Shown here: positions 27,938 to 35,817 of the stretch, in pieces
How the letters are laid out: each line of letters opens with the position of its first letter
Position numbering within the stretch: position 1 is the stretch's first letter
Source of the DNA: Conexivisphaerales archaeon
GTDB lineage: Archaea; Thermoproteota; Nitrososphaeria; Conexivisphaerales; DTJL01
Assembly: GCA_049509455.1 (NCBI GenBank)
Contig: JBEKZX010000013.1
Location: forward strand, 1 to 44,075
DNA length: 44,075 bases
Direction of reading: 5' to 3'
The notes under the pieces: model-generated
What the model was told of the DNA's origin: nothing
The model's input: the letters and a program-made list of their open reading frames with translations, nothing else
Databases searched by the model: none
Position numbers and translations under genes: made by a program

Positions 27938-28479
27938 CCGGAGAGGGTGGGGTCGGCCAGGGCCATCTGGAGCAGGAGCGCCGACTTCCCGTCGAAGGTT
28001 CCCCCCTCCATCACCAGTCTCAGGGCCTCCTCCGGCATGTGCAACGAGACGGTGATGGCCTCGTCGTCCTCCAGCCTCTGGCCACCGGCCTTACTGGCCT
28101 TGGCTGTAAAGAGGTAGAGGATTTCGGAGCTGTAGCCGGGAGCCGGATAGATGGCCCCCAGCTTCCTGAGGGAGACGACCCTGTAGCCGGTCTCTTCGAG
28201 GAGCTCCCTCGAAGCGCATTGAGCTGGGTCCTCCCCGGGTTCAAGGGTGCCTGCAGGGACTTCGTAGATGTAACCTTTGACTGAATGGCGATATTGCTTC
28301 TCTAGTATGACCCTCCCGTCGGGCGTGAAGGCCAGGATCGCGACCGCGCCCGGGTGGACTATGGTTTCGACCGCGGCCTTCCTCCCTCCCCCCCATGAGA
28401 GCGAGTCGCGGACAATCTTCAGCTTCCTGCCGTTGAAGACGATCTCGGAATCGAGGACGGAGGGGTTCGCTTCTGACAA
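27934..28479 (-). CDS. Nudix hydrolase (ADP-ribose pyrophosphatase-like)
   Basis: HPGAV, QYR and EVPAGTLEPGE....CASRELLEETG (Nudix box). Confidence 0.92.
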   Translation of the reverse strand: MSEANPSVLDSEIVFNGRKLKIVRDSLSWGGGRKAAVETIVHPGAVAILAFTPDGRVILEKQYRHSVKGYIYEVPAGTLEPGEDPAQCASRELLEETGYRVVSLRKLGAIYPAPGYSSEILYLFTAKASKAGGQRLEDDEAITVSLHMPEEALRLVMEGGTFDGKSALLLQMALADPTLSG

Positions 28480-28697
28480 ATCATGAGCCGGGTGAAAATT
28501 GGAGGCATAAAGCGTTTGCTGGTCTTCGCCAGTTGTCTAGGAACGAGGGCTAGGTCCCTGCCTCACGCCTTGAGGTTTCGCACCCCGGCCATGTCGCCTC
28601 CCAACGCTAGGACGTGTCAGGCGCGCTCTCAAGCGTGGAGGTTCCCTCCCTGGCCGTTCGTGCCGAAGGCAGAGCCGGAATCGACGACCTGCTGAGG

Positions 28698-29495
28698 TCA
28701 CCCACCATTGAGCGTCTTCATTAGACCTTCCATTCCGGCCGTAGACCAGGTGGGGTTCATGTGGAGCGGGGTTACCGAGACGAGGCTATCCTCGATGATG
28801 GCCTTGGCGTCGCTGCCTTCGTCGTACTTCTTCAGCCTGTTTCCCCAAACCCAGTAGTAGGGCTTCCCCCGGGGGTCGAGACGTTCGACGATGTAGTTCT
28901 CGTACTTGTGCAGGGCCAACTGCGTGAACACTGCCTTCGTATTGAGCGCTGCGTTGGCGGGGACGTTTACGTTGAGCAAGTTCACGCCTTCGGGGAGTTT
29001 GTTCTGAACCAGCCAGTGCATGACCTTCCTAGCGTGGAAGGCCGCGATGCCGAAGTCGGCCTTGGCATCGGTGGGCGAGAAGATCACGCTTTCCGATATC
29101 TGCATGGAGAAGGCCACCGCAGGGATCCCGGACAGGGCGGCCTGCAGGGCTGCCGAGACGGTCCCGCTGGCATAGACGTCCTGGAGGCCAGTGTTGTCCC
29201 CTATGTTGATGCCCGAGGCCATGGCGTCCGGCTTCTCTGGGAGCACCTTGTTGAGTGCCATCATGACGGCGTCAGCGGGGCTCCCTGAAATCACGTATCC
29301 CTTCTCGCCGGCGATCTGGACCTCCCTGATCCTCAGGGGCTTGTGGAAGGTGAGGCTCATGGAGGTGCCGCTCCTGGGGCCTTCAGGGACGACGGGGATC
29401 ACTTCGCCCACGTCCAGGAGGGCGCGCACCAGCGCATGAAGCCCCCTGCTGGTGGGCCCGTCATCGTTGCTCACCAATATTTTTGGCTTGCCCAT
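28698..29495 (-). CDS. surE: 5'/3'-nucleotidase SurE
   Basis: ILVSNDDG, GSPAD, SGINIG.N, SGTV.AA and SVTPL motifs. Confidence 0.95.
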   Translation of the reverse strand: MGKPKILVSNDDGPTSRGLHALVRALLDVGEVIPVVPEGPRSGTSMSLTFHKPLRIREVQIAGEKGYVISGSPADAVMMALNKVLPEKPDAMASGINIGDNTGLQDVYASGTVSAALQAALSGIPAVAFSMQISESVIFSPTDAKADFGIAAFHARKVMHWLVQNKLPEGVNLLNVNVPANAALNTKAVFTQLALHKYENYIVERLDPRGKPYYWVWGNRLKKYDEGSDAKAIIEDSLVSVTPLHMNPTWSTAGMEGLMKTLNGG

Positions 29496-29553
29496 TCCAA
29501 TCTGGGGAGGAGGGAACCGTTACTTCTAAAGAACGTTTCGCAGCAGCCGCTTG

Positions 29554-30063
29554 CTAAGACATCCTGCGCCGGACCACAAGGAGTGCGGCCAGCGCCAGGA
29601 CGATGGCTGCTCCGAATGCGAAAAGGTCCTTGAAGGCGAGGGCCTTCACGTCAGAACTCGTCTGGCTCGCCATCACGGGTCCGTTCCCGGTGGCGGCTGA
29701 AGCGTTCTGGGAGAGGCTGGAGTTCGCGGTGCCCTTCATCAGCCCCGTTATCGCAGACGCAACGTCGTTGACCGACAGGAAGGGCGGAGAGGTGGAGTTG
29801 GCGGTCGTGGGCGAGGCACCCGAGACGGTGGTACCAGTGTAGGAAGTGCCGCTAACGATGGAGGGAGTGGAGAAGGAGCTGTTGACCTTGCTTCCTGCCG
29901 AGCCAGTCTGGTTCGCTCCAGTGCCGAGTTGAGGAGCGCTGGTGAGCTGGGCGGAAGGCGGGACCTCCGCCAGAACGCCCACTGAGGCGGCGGCCAGTAC
30001 CACCCCTAGGAGGACGGCGAGGGCCAGCCCCCGGGCGGTGGCTGGAGCCATGTTGGCTCGCAT
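29554..30063 (-). CDS. Ser/Thr/Ala-rich membrane protein with an N-terminal signal/TM helix, a C-terminal TM helix and an RRR tail
   Basis: Hydrophobic LALAVLLGVVLAAA, a low-complexity middle, and FAFGAAIVLALAALLVVRRRMS. Confidence 0.75.
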   Translation of the reverse strand: MRANMAPATARGLALAVLLGVVLAAASVGVLAEVPPSAQLTSAPQLGTGANQTGSAGSKVNSSFSTPSIVSGTSYTGTTVSGASPTTANSTSPPFLSVNDVASAITGLMKGTANSSLSQNASAATGNGPVMASQTSSDVKALAFKDLFAFGAAIVLALAALLVVRRRMS

Positions 30064-30100
30064 TATCTGTCTGGCATGCCTATGGGGACCTGCCGATTAA

Positions 30101-30117
30101 GCTCTAACCCGTAGAAC
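30101..30117. promoter_or_regulatory. Candidate operator 1 (GCTCTAAC-C-CGTAGAAC) abutting the TTAAT box of the 29554-30063 gene
   Basis: 13/17 identical to the site at 31167. Right half-site is a perfect CGTAGAAC. Confidence 0.55.
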
Positions 30118-30123
30118 AGCTCT

Positions 30124-30347
30124 GGGGCCCTGCCAACGGTCTCTGCTCGATGGCGGCAAACCAAAAGAGAGCCTGATCCCAGGCTCCTTGCCTCGGTCTA
30201 AGCGGATCGGGAAAACCACTCACCAGCCTTAGTGGAGCAACCAATAGCCGAAACCGGAGGGAGGCACGACGGAACCCGAAGTGAGCAGCCGGAAGCGGCC
30301 ATCATAAAGCGTGCGATGGTCGAGCCCGCGCGCGTCGGCAGGGCAGA
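30124..30347 (+). ncRNA. Candidate structured non-coding RNA, family unknown
   Basis: Nested complementary segments: 30127-30138/30333-30344 (11 of 12), gctcga/tcgagc, tgcctc/gaggca, and hairpins gagcctg-atcc-caggctc and gccg-gaag-cggc. No credible ORF. Confidence 0.3.
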
Positions 30348-30410
30348 TTCGTAGCGCGCGGCAGAAGGCTTATAGAGACCCTTGGCCGGGACGTTTCAGG
30401 TGTACGGGTT

Positions 30411-30704
30411 TTGGGCGTGCCCATGCCGATGCCAATGCCGATGCCGCCTCAGGGCGGCGAGCTAGTCGAATTCGAAGCCGAGGGGGAGGACAGCTGGGTC
30501 ACTTTGAAGCTCAAGGACGGAAGCGTATTGAAGTTCCGAAGCGTGGTGACCGCCGTCTTCAGAGTGGGCAACGACCCGAACACAGGGCTCCCCGTTTATG
30601 GCATCCAGAACTCCAACTCCATCAGGATTGTCAGCATCCCGAAGGAACTCATAAGGAAGGACAAGGAGAAGGAGAAGGAGAAGGGCTCGACGACGTACCG
30701 TTAG
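30411..30704 (+). CDS. Small hypothetical beta-rich protein with N-terminal (PM)n and C-terminal (KE)n tracts
   Basis: W..LKLKDGSVLK...V..V...D...GLPVY core with host-like codon bias. Confidence 0.75.
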   Translation: MGVPMPMPMPMPPQGGELVEFEAEGEDSWVTLKLKDGSVLKFRSVVTAVFRVGNDPNTGLPVYGIQNSNSIRIVSIPKELIRKDKEKEKEKGSTTYR

Positions 30705-31117
30705 AAGCTTCGTCTCTTCCAAGCTAGAAGCGCTTCGACCCAGAAGAAGGCTGAAGCCAGGGCGGAGACGGCTATGACTTCGACGCTGGACCTCAGACCA
30801 TAGACCAAGACGTATCCAATGAGGAAGGTCGAGAAGAAGGCAGCGTAGAAGACGAAGCGAGGCACGAGCACCGATCCCACGAGCAGGAAGGGTCCCAGGG
30901 CGCTGGCGTCCACCTTCCTTTCGGCCACGTAGGCGCCGAACTGATCCTGCTTGACGAGCCCCATCTCGATGAGCTTGTTGAGATGATAGTAGGCAACGCT
31001 GGGGCTCTTGAAGCCCAGGGCGCGTTGAACCTCTCGGACCCCTCCCCCCTCCCCCTTCTTGAGGAGCATGACGTAGACCTTGACCGTGGAGGCCGAAAGG
31101 CGGTCGTCGCGCTTCAA
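30701..31117 (-). CDS. Winged-HTH protein with C-terminal transmembrane helices (membrane-anchored regulator)
   Basis: TVKVYVMLL..G..GVREVQRALGFKSPSVAYYHLNKL.EMGLV followed by two hydrophobic segments. Confidence 0.85.
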   Translation of the reverse strand: MKRDDRLSASTVKVYVMLLKKGEGGGVREVQRALGFKSPSVAYYHLNKLIEMGLVKQDQFGAYVAERKVDASALGPFLLVGSVLVPRFVFYAAFFSTFLIGYVLVYGLRSSVEVIAVSALASAFFWVEALLAWKRRSF

Positions 31118-31166
31118 GACGACCTTGGTGAGACGGTGTTCCGATTAAAGCTTTGCCGCGCCATCC

Positions 31167-31183
31167 GTTCTCGACCGTAGAAC
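31167..31183. promoter_or_regulatory. Candidate operator 2 (GTTCTCGA-C-CGTAGAAC) in the divergent wHTH/SIMPL promoter region
   Basis: Inverted repeat CGTTCT-N7-AGAACG at 31166-31184. Confidence 0.6.
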
Positions 31184-31198
31184 GCCGGAGGCGGGGAC

Positions 31199-31215
31199 GT
31201 TCTTCTGCGTAGCGT
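31199..31215. promoter_or_regulatory. Candidate operator 3 (GTTCTTCT-G-CGTAGCGT) abutting the weak TTAAC box of the SIMPL gene
   Basis: 10/17 identical to operator 2 and 32 bp from it (about 3 helical turns). Confidence 0.45.
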
Positions 31216-31257
31216 TAACTTCGGGAGAAGGGAAGTGAGTGGAGGTGCGGATAAGGA

Positions 31258-32022
31258 ATGCTTCAAGACAGGTACAAGGTCCTCACGTTGCTAGTGGTGG
31301 CGCTTTCGATGGTGGGCGCCCTGGCGGTGGTGTCGATGACGTCGCCCTCAAGGGCGGACACCACAACCAACGCTACGACGACCATGGTGGTCGAAGGGAG
31401 CGGCACGGTCTACGGCACCCCTGACACCTACAGCGTCTCGCTGGACGTGGTGGGGGTCGACGCCAACGCCAACTCTGCCATGCAGAAGGCCAACGCTGTT
31501 TACAGCACGCTCTTGGCCGCCCTCCAGCAGGACGGGTACAACACCTCACTTCTGACCCTCAGCTCTCTTGACATCTACCCCGAGTACTACTACCCCTCCA
31601 GCGGGCCGGCCGTGTTCCAGGACTACAGGGTGATCTACAGCCTCCAGTTCGAAGAGACCATCGCCGGTGCGACCGCTTCGTCCCTGGGGACGAAGGCGGC
31701 AGGGTTCATCGTTGACGCGGTCCAGGCCGGCGCCAACGACATCGCCGGCGTAAGCTTCTCGCTGAGCGACGCCGCCGCGGCCACCCTGAGGAACCAGGCC
31801 CTCGCCCAAGCCGCCGCCGATGCCAAGGGGAAGGCCCAGATCCTGGCCCAGAGCCTCGGCGTTCAGGTGCTGGGGGTGCAGAGCGTCCAGGAAGTTGACA
31901 ACTACAGCCCGCCGGTCCTCAAGTACGTCGCATCCCCGTACGACACCTCCCAGACCCCTCAATTCAACGCGAGCCCCGCGAGTGAGACCGCCCAGATTAC
32001 GGTCACCTTCGTCATAGGCTGA
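31258..32022 (+). CDS. SIMPL (DUF541) domain exported protein
   Basis: N-terminal signal/TM helix, V.GSGTV...PD, GAN.I.GV.F.LSD, and LAQA..DAKGKAQ.LA..LGV. Confidence 0.9.
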   Translation: MLQDRYKVLTLLVVALSMVGALAVVSMTSPSRADTTTNATTTMVVEGSGTVYGTPDTYSVSLDVVGVDANANSAMQKANAVYSTLLAALQQDGYNTSLLTLSSLDIYPEYYYPSSGPAVFQDYRVIYSLQFEETIAGATASSLGTKAAGFIVDAVQAGANDIAGVSFSLSDAAAATLRNQALAQAAADAKGKAQILAQSLGVQVLGVQSVQEVDNYSPPVLKYVASPYDTSQTPQFNASPASETAQITVTFVIG

Positions 32023-32024
32023 GC

Positions 32025-32051
32025 AGGACGAGCTCCACGGACGTCCTTTTT
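32025..32051 (+). terminator. Hairpin plus T-tract directly after the SIMPL stop codon
   Basis: AGGACG-N11-CGTCCT followed by TTTT. Confidence 0.4.
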
Positions 32052-32221
32052 CTCCCTCCGCCAGGCTCTAGCGAAAGCCGCAAGTGGAGGAGCATCATCG
32101 CCGCCGGCTCAGCGAGCATGAGGGCAAGGACTGAAATAAATGCAAGAAACGGCGCAAAGGCCGCAACAATCTCCCTGACACAAACTATTTAGACCTGAAT
32201 AACTTCCAAAGTAACGTCTCG

Positions 32222-33946
32222 GTGATTTGGACGCAGACCATCAACCATGATCTGGTCATCGTCGGCGCGGGGCTTGCAGGCTTGAGGGCGGCCATCCAGG
32301 CGGCCATAGTCAGCGAAGGGAAGCTCGACATCGCCATCGTGTCCAAGGTCCACCTCATGAGGGCTCACAGCGTCGCCGCCGAAGGGGGGACCGCCGCGGT
32401 GCTTTACACCGACGAAAAGGACAGCGTCGAGCTGCACGCCTTCGACACCGTCAAGGGCGCCGACTACCTGGCCGACCAAGACGTGGTCGAGCTCTTCGTC
32501 AAGCTCGCTCCAGAGGAGATCTTGAGGCTCGAGCACTGGGGGATGCCCTGGAGCAGGAGGCCCGACGGAAGGATCGCCCAGAGGCCCTTCGGAGGGCACA
32601 GCTTCCCGCGGGCCACCTACGCTGCCGACAAGACGGGCTTCTATGAGATGCAGACCCTCTACGACACCCTCCTGAAGTACACCTCGATCCACTTCTACGA
32701 AGAGTGGTTCATGTCATCCCTTGTGGTCGAGGGGGGAGTATGCAGGGGGATCACGGCGATTAACATGAGGTCGGGGGAGTTGGTGGGCTTCGCGGCCAAG
32801 GCCGTCATCGTGGCCACGGGAGGGCTAGGGCGACTCTTCGGCTTCACCACCTACAGCCACAGCGTCACGGGCGACGGCGCCGCCGCCCTGTACAGGGCCG
32901 GCATCGCGCTGAAGGACGTAGAGTTCGTGCAGTTCCATCCAACCGGGCTCGTCCCTTCAGGGATACTGATCACCGAGGCCGTGAGGGGAGAGGGTGGGAT
33001 CCTGGTCAACAGTAAGGGGGAGCGCTTCATGAAGAGGTACGCCCCCGAGAAGATGGAGCTGGCCCCTCGCGACCTGATTTCTAGGTCCATAGTCACCGAG
33101 GTCGAGCAGGGGCGCGGGTTCAAGGGCCCCAACGGGCTGGACTACGTCCTCCTCGACTTCAGCCCCATCGGCGCGGAGAGGGTGAAGGAGAAGCTGCCCA
33201 TGATGATCGAGCTGGGCCACAACTTCGTCGGCATCGACCCACTCGAAGCGCCGCTCCCCATCCGACCTGTGGCCCACTACAGCATGGGAGGGATCAACGT
33301 GGACATCAACGGGGAGACCTCGGCCAAGGGTCTCTGGGCCGCCGGCGAATGCGCCTGCGTCAGCGTCCACGGGGGGAACCGCCTCGGCTCGAATTCGACG
33401 ACGGCCTGCCTGGTGTACGGAAGGCTGACAGGGGAGAGGGCGGCCCGGTACATAATGGGTGGAGCCACGGCGCTGGGCATTCCGGCGAAGAGGTTGGAGG
33501 CCGAGGAGCATCGCGTCTTCGTCGACCTCCTCGGAAGGGAGCAGGGGGAGGACCCCTATGCGATAAAGAAGGAGCTCTGGAGCGCCATGGACAGCAACGT
33601 CTACGTCTACAGGACGGAAGATGGGCTTACGGAGGCCCTCAAGAAGGTGAAAGAGCTGCGCGCGAGGTATGCGCGCGTGAAGGTGGAGGACAAGTCCAAG
33701 AACTTCAACACCAACCTCACGGGGACGCTGGAGGTGGGCAACCTCCTGGAGGTCGCCGAGGCCGTGGTGACCTCCGCCCTCCTGAGGAAGGAGTCGAGGG
33801 GAGGACACGCCAGGAAGGACTACCCGAAGAGGGACGACGTGAACTTCCTGAAGCACTCCATCGTATACTATACCCCCGAAGGTCCGAAGGTGGAGTACAT
33901 GCCGGTGGTGATCACCAAGTGGGCTCCCATGGAGAGGAAGTACTGA
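32222..33946 (+). CDS. sdhA: Succinate dehydrogenase/fumarate reductase flavoprotein subunit
   Basis: GAGLAG, RAHSVAAEGG (FAD-binding His), QFHPT, TEAVRGEGG, HYSMGGI and HGGNRLGSNS motifs. Confidence 0.97.
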   Translation: MIWTQTINHDLVIVGAGLAGLRAAIQAAIVSEGKLDIAIVSKVHLMRAHSVAAEGGTAAVLYTDEKDSVELHAFDTVKGADYLADQDVVELFVKLAPEEILRLEHWGMPWSRRPDGRIAQRPFGGHSFPRATYAADKTGFYEMQTLYDTLLKYTSIHFYEEWFMSSLVVEGGVCRGITAINMRSGELVGFAAKAVIVATGGLGRLFGFTTYSHSVTGDGAAALYRAGIALKDVEFVQFHPTGLVPSGILITEAVRGEGGILVNSKGERFMKRYAPEKMELAPRDLISRSIVTEVEQGRGFKGPNGLDYVLLDFSPIGAERVKEKLPMMIELGHNFVGIDPLEAPLPIRPVAHYSMGGINVDINGETSAKGLWAAGECACVSVHGGNRLGSNSTTACLVYGRLTGERAARYIMGGATALGIPAKRLEAEEHRVFVDLLGREQGEDPYAIKKELWSAMDSNVYVYRTEDGLTEALKKVKELRARYARVKVEDKSKNFNTNLTGTLEVGNLLEVAEAVVTSALLRKESRGGHARKDYPKRDDVNFLKHSIVYYTPEGPKVEYMPVVITKWAPMERKY

Positions 33947-33950
33947 GGCG

Positions 33951-34436
33951 GTGGTCGAGATGGGACAGGACACTGTGATGGAGAAGAAGAACAACGCGGG
34001 CATCTACAGAGGCTGGATCAAGTTCTGGAACCGGAACGTCGAGAGGTGGCTCTACGCCATGCACCGCATCACCGGCGTGGGCGTGGGCATATATTTCGTG
34101 CTGCACATCTGGGAGACGGGGAACGCCGCCCAGGCCTTCCTCAACAACCAGCCTGCCCAATGGAACAACCTGATGAGCTCCCTGACCAACTACGCCTTCC
34201 ACACCGGGCTCCTCCTTGTGGCGGCGGCGGCGGTCTTTCACAGCCTGAACGGCGCGCGCCTCATAATGTCGGAGCAGGGCTGGCTCATCGGCACGGTTGA
34301 GAGGCCCACTTACCCCTTCCTGCCCAGCAGCCTCAGGGGCATCCAGAGGCCCCTAGGCATCGCCATCGTCGTGTTGTCGTTCGTGCTGATGGCGTTCGCC
34401 TTCTACCAGCTCTTCGTGTTAGCTTTGGGGGTATAA
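33951..34436 (+). CDS. sdhC: Succinate dehydrogenase cytochrome b anchor subunit
   Basis: HRITG, FVLHI and FHSLNG.R motifs with TM helices. ATG alternatives at 33960 and 33978. Confidence 0.88.
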   Translation: MVEMGQDTVMEKKNNAGIYRGWIKFWNRNVERWLYAMHRITGVGVGIYFVLHIWETGNAAQAFLNNQPAQWNNLMSSLTNYAFHTGLLLVAAAAVFHSLNGARLIMSEQGWLIGTVERPTYPFLPSSLRGIQRPLGIAIVVLSFVLMAFAFYQLFVLALGV

Positions 34437-34438
34437 GA

Positions 34439-34786
34439 TTGAGAGAATCAAGGTTCATGCTACTCCAGTACATAACCGGGTCCGGCATCCTCGTGCTGGG
34501 AGCCATGCACTTCGCGCTCCTCACCCTGCAGCCTGGTGGCCTCCCCACGTCGTTGCAGTACAGCTCGGTGAAGTCCGTCTACCTGGCCTACGGGCTGCTC
34601 TTCGAGCTATTGCTCGTGCTCCTCAGCTTCCACGTATTCAACGGCTTCAGGAAGGTGCTCATCGAGCTCCACCAGGGGAGGACCTATGAAAAGGCTGTCT
34701 CCTGGCTCATGCTGCTCGGGGGTTCGGTGACCTTCATCTGGGGGACGCTGACCATACTGGTATTCATCCTGGGGGTGACCGGCTGA
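34439..34786 (+). CDS. sdhD: Succinate dehydrogenase small membrane anchor subunit
   Basis: QYITG, MHF and FHVFNGFR motifs with 3 TM helices. Confidence 0.85.
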   Translation: MRESRFMLLQYITGSGILVLGAMHFALLTLQPGGLPTSLQYSSVKSVYLAYGLLFELLLVLLSFHVFNGFRKVLIELHQGRTYEKAVSWLMLLGGSVTFIWGTLTILVFILGVTG

Positions 34787-35637
34787 TGTCCCAGGACAAG
34801 GGAGACGTGCCCATCGTCCCTCTCCACTTCGACCCCAAGGTCATGGAGGGGCTGGGGAAGCGCATCAGGGACGTCTCCTTCCGAGTCTTCAGGTTCGACC
34901 CGGCCAAGGGCGAGGGCGTCAGGTACTCCGACTATGCGGTCCCCATATTCAAGGGGACGACCGTCCTCGACGCGCTGCTCTACATCAAGGAGAGGCTGGA
35001 CCCATCGCTCTCAATTCGCTACTCCTGCAGGATGGCCGTCTGCGGCTCCTGCGGGATGGTGATCAACGGCAAGGAGATGCTGGCCTGCAAGACGCAGGTG
35101 GAGAACCTCGGCAAGGACAAGGTGGTCGTGAGGCCCATGAACAACATGCCAGTCACGCGGGACCTCGTCACGGACTTCTCCGTCTTTTTCGAGAAGCACC
35201 GCTCCATGCTCCCATACATCGTCAGGGAGGACGTCGACCTTAACCTGAACAGGGAGTACATGCAGAAGCCAGACGAGGTGATCGACTTCCTAATGTTCTC
35301 CAACTGCATCAAGTGCGGCCTCTGCTACTCGGCGTGTCCGACCAACGCCACGGACGAGGCCTTCCTGGGCCCCATGGCCATGGGCCAGGCGTACAGGTAC
35401 ATCGCGGACACAAGGGACGGCGCCCAAAACAAGAGGATGGAGGTACTGGATTCCCGCCACGGCCTTTGGAACTGCCACTTCGCAGGCACCTGCAGCGACG
35501 TATGCCCGAAGGGTGTGGACCCGGCCTTCGCCATACAGCAGCTCAAGGCGCTGGCCATATGGAAGGCTGGGACGCTGAAGAAGAAGAAGCCGGCCGCCAA
35601 CGTGGTGCAGATAAGAGAACTCGTCCCCGAAAGATAG
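34786..35637 (+). CDS. sdhB: Succinate dehydrogenase iron-sulfur subunit
   Basis: SCRMAVCGSC [2Fe-2S], CIKCGLCYSACP [4Fe-4S] and CHFAGTCSDVCP [3Fe-4S] motifs. Confidence 0.96.
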   Translation: MSQDKGDVPIVPLHFDPKVMEGLGKRIRDVSFRVFRFDPAKGEGVRYSDYAVPIFKGTTVLDALLYIKERLDPSLSIRYSCRMAVCGSCGMVINGKEMLACKTQVENLGKDKVVVRPMNNMPVTRDLVTDFSVFFEKHRSMLPYIVREDVDLNLNREYMQKPDEVIDFLMFSNCIKCGLCYSACPTNATDEAFLGPMAMGQAYRYIADTRDGAQNKRMEVLDSRHGLWNCHFAGTCSDVCPKGVDPAFAIQQLKALAIWKAGTLKKKKPAANVVQIRELVPER

Positions 35638-35817
35638 CCGTTCATCGAGGAGGGCGTCGGAGCACTAGCAGCTGGGCTCGTCGAACGCAGCCCTGAGCGT
35701 CAGCGGAGTCCGCCTTGGGGATAGCATCCTGTGCCCCTATCCCAGCCTGAGAGAACGATTCAGACAGAAGACTCTTATCACTTCGGTCCTGGTAGCTGTA
35801 CTTTGGCTACGGGATCA

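Noticed and set aside
28483-28697. Hairpin-rich gap between surE and Nudix, SRP-like CCAGG..GGAA on the minus strand, and a 70-aa plus-strand ORF
   Set aside because: The AGCA half of the SRP loop is missing, the hairpins are short and expected at this GC, and the ORF is not protein-like.
30340-30380. RNase P-like 3' end (GCAGAAGGCTTAT..AGAGACC pairing with GGTCTCT at 30138)
   Set aside because: The spacing is shorter than the conserved ACAGAAnnnGGCUUA, and no GAGGAAAGUCC-type partner exists upstream. CTTATA is more simply the TATA box of the 30411 gene.
2285-33978. Long antisense or shadow ORFs (e.g. 2285-3184, 22311-23111, 25449-26375, 26717-27898, 32957-34003)
   Set aside because: They mirror well-supported genes on the opposite strand, are expected at high GC3, and have no family motifs.
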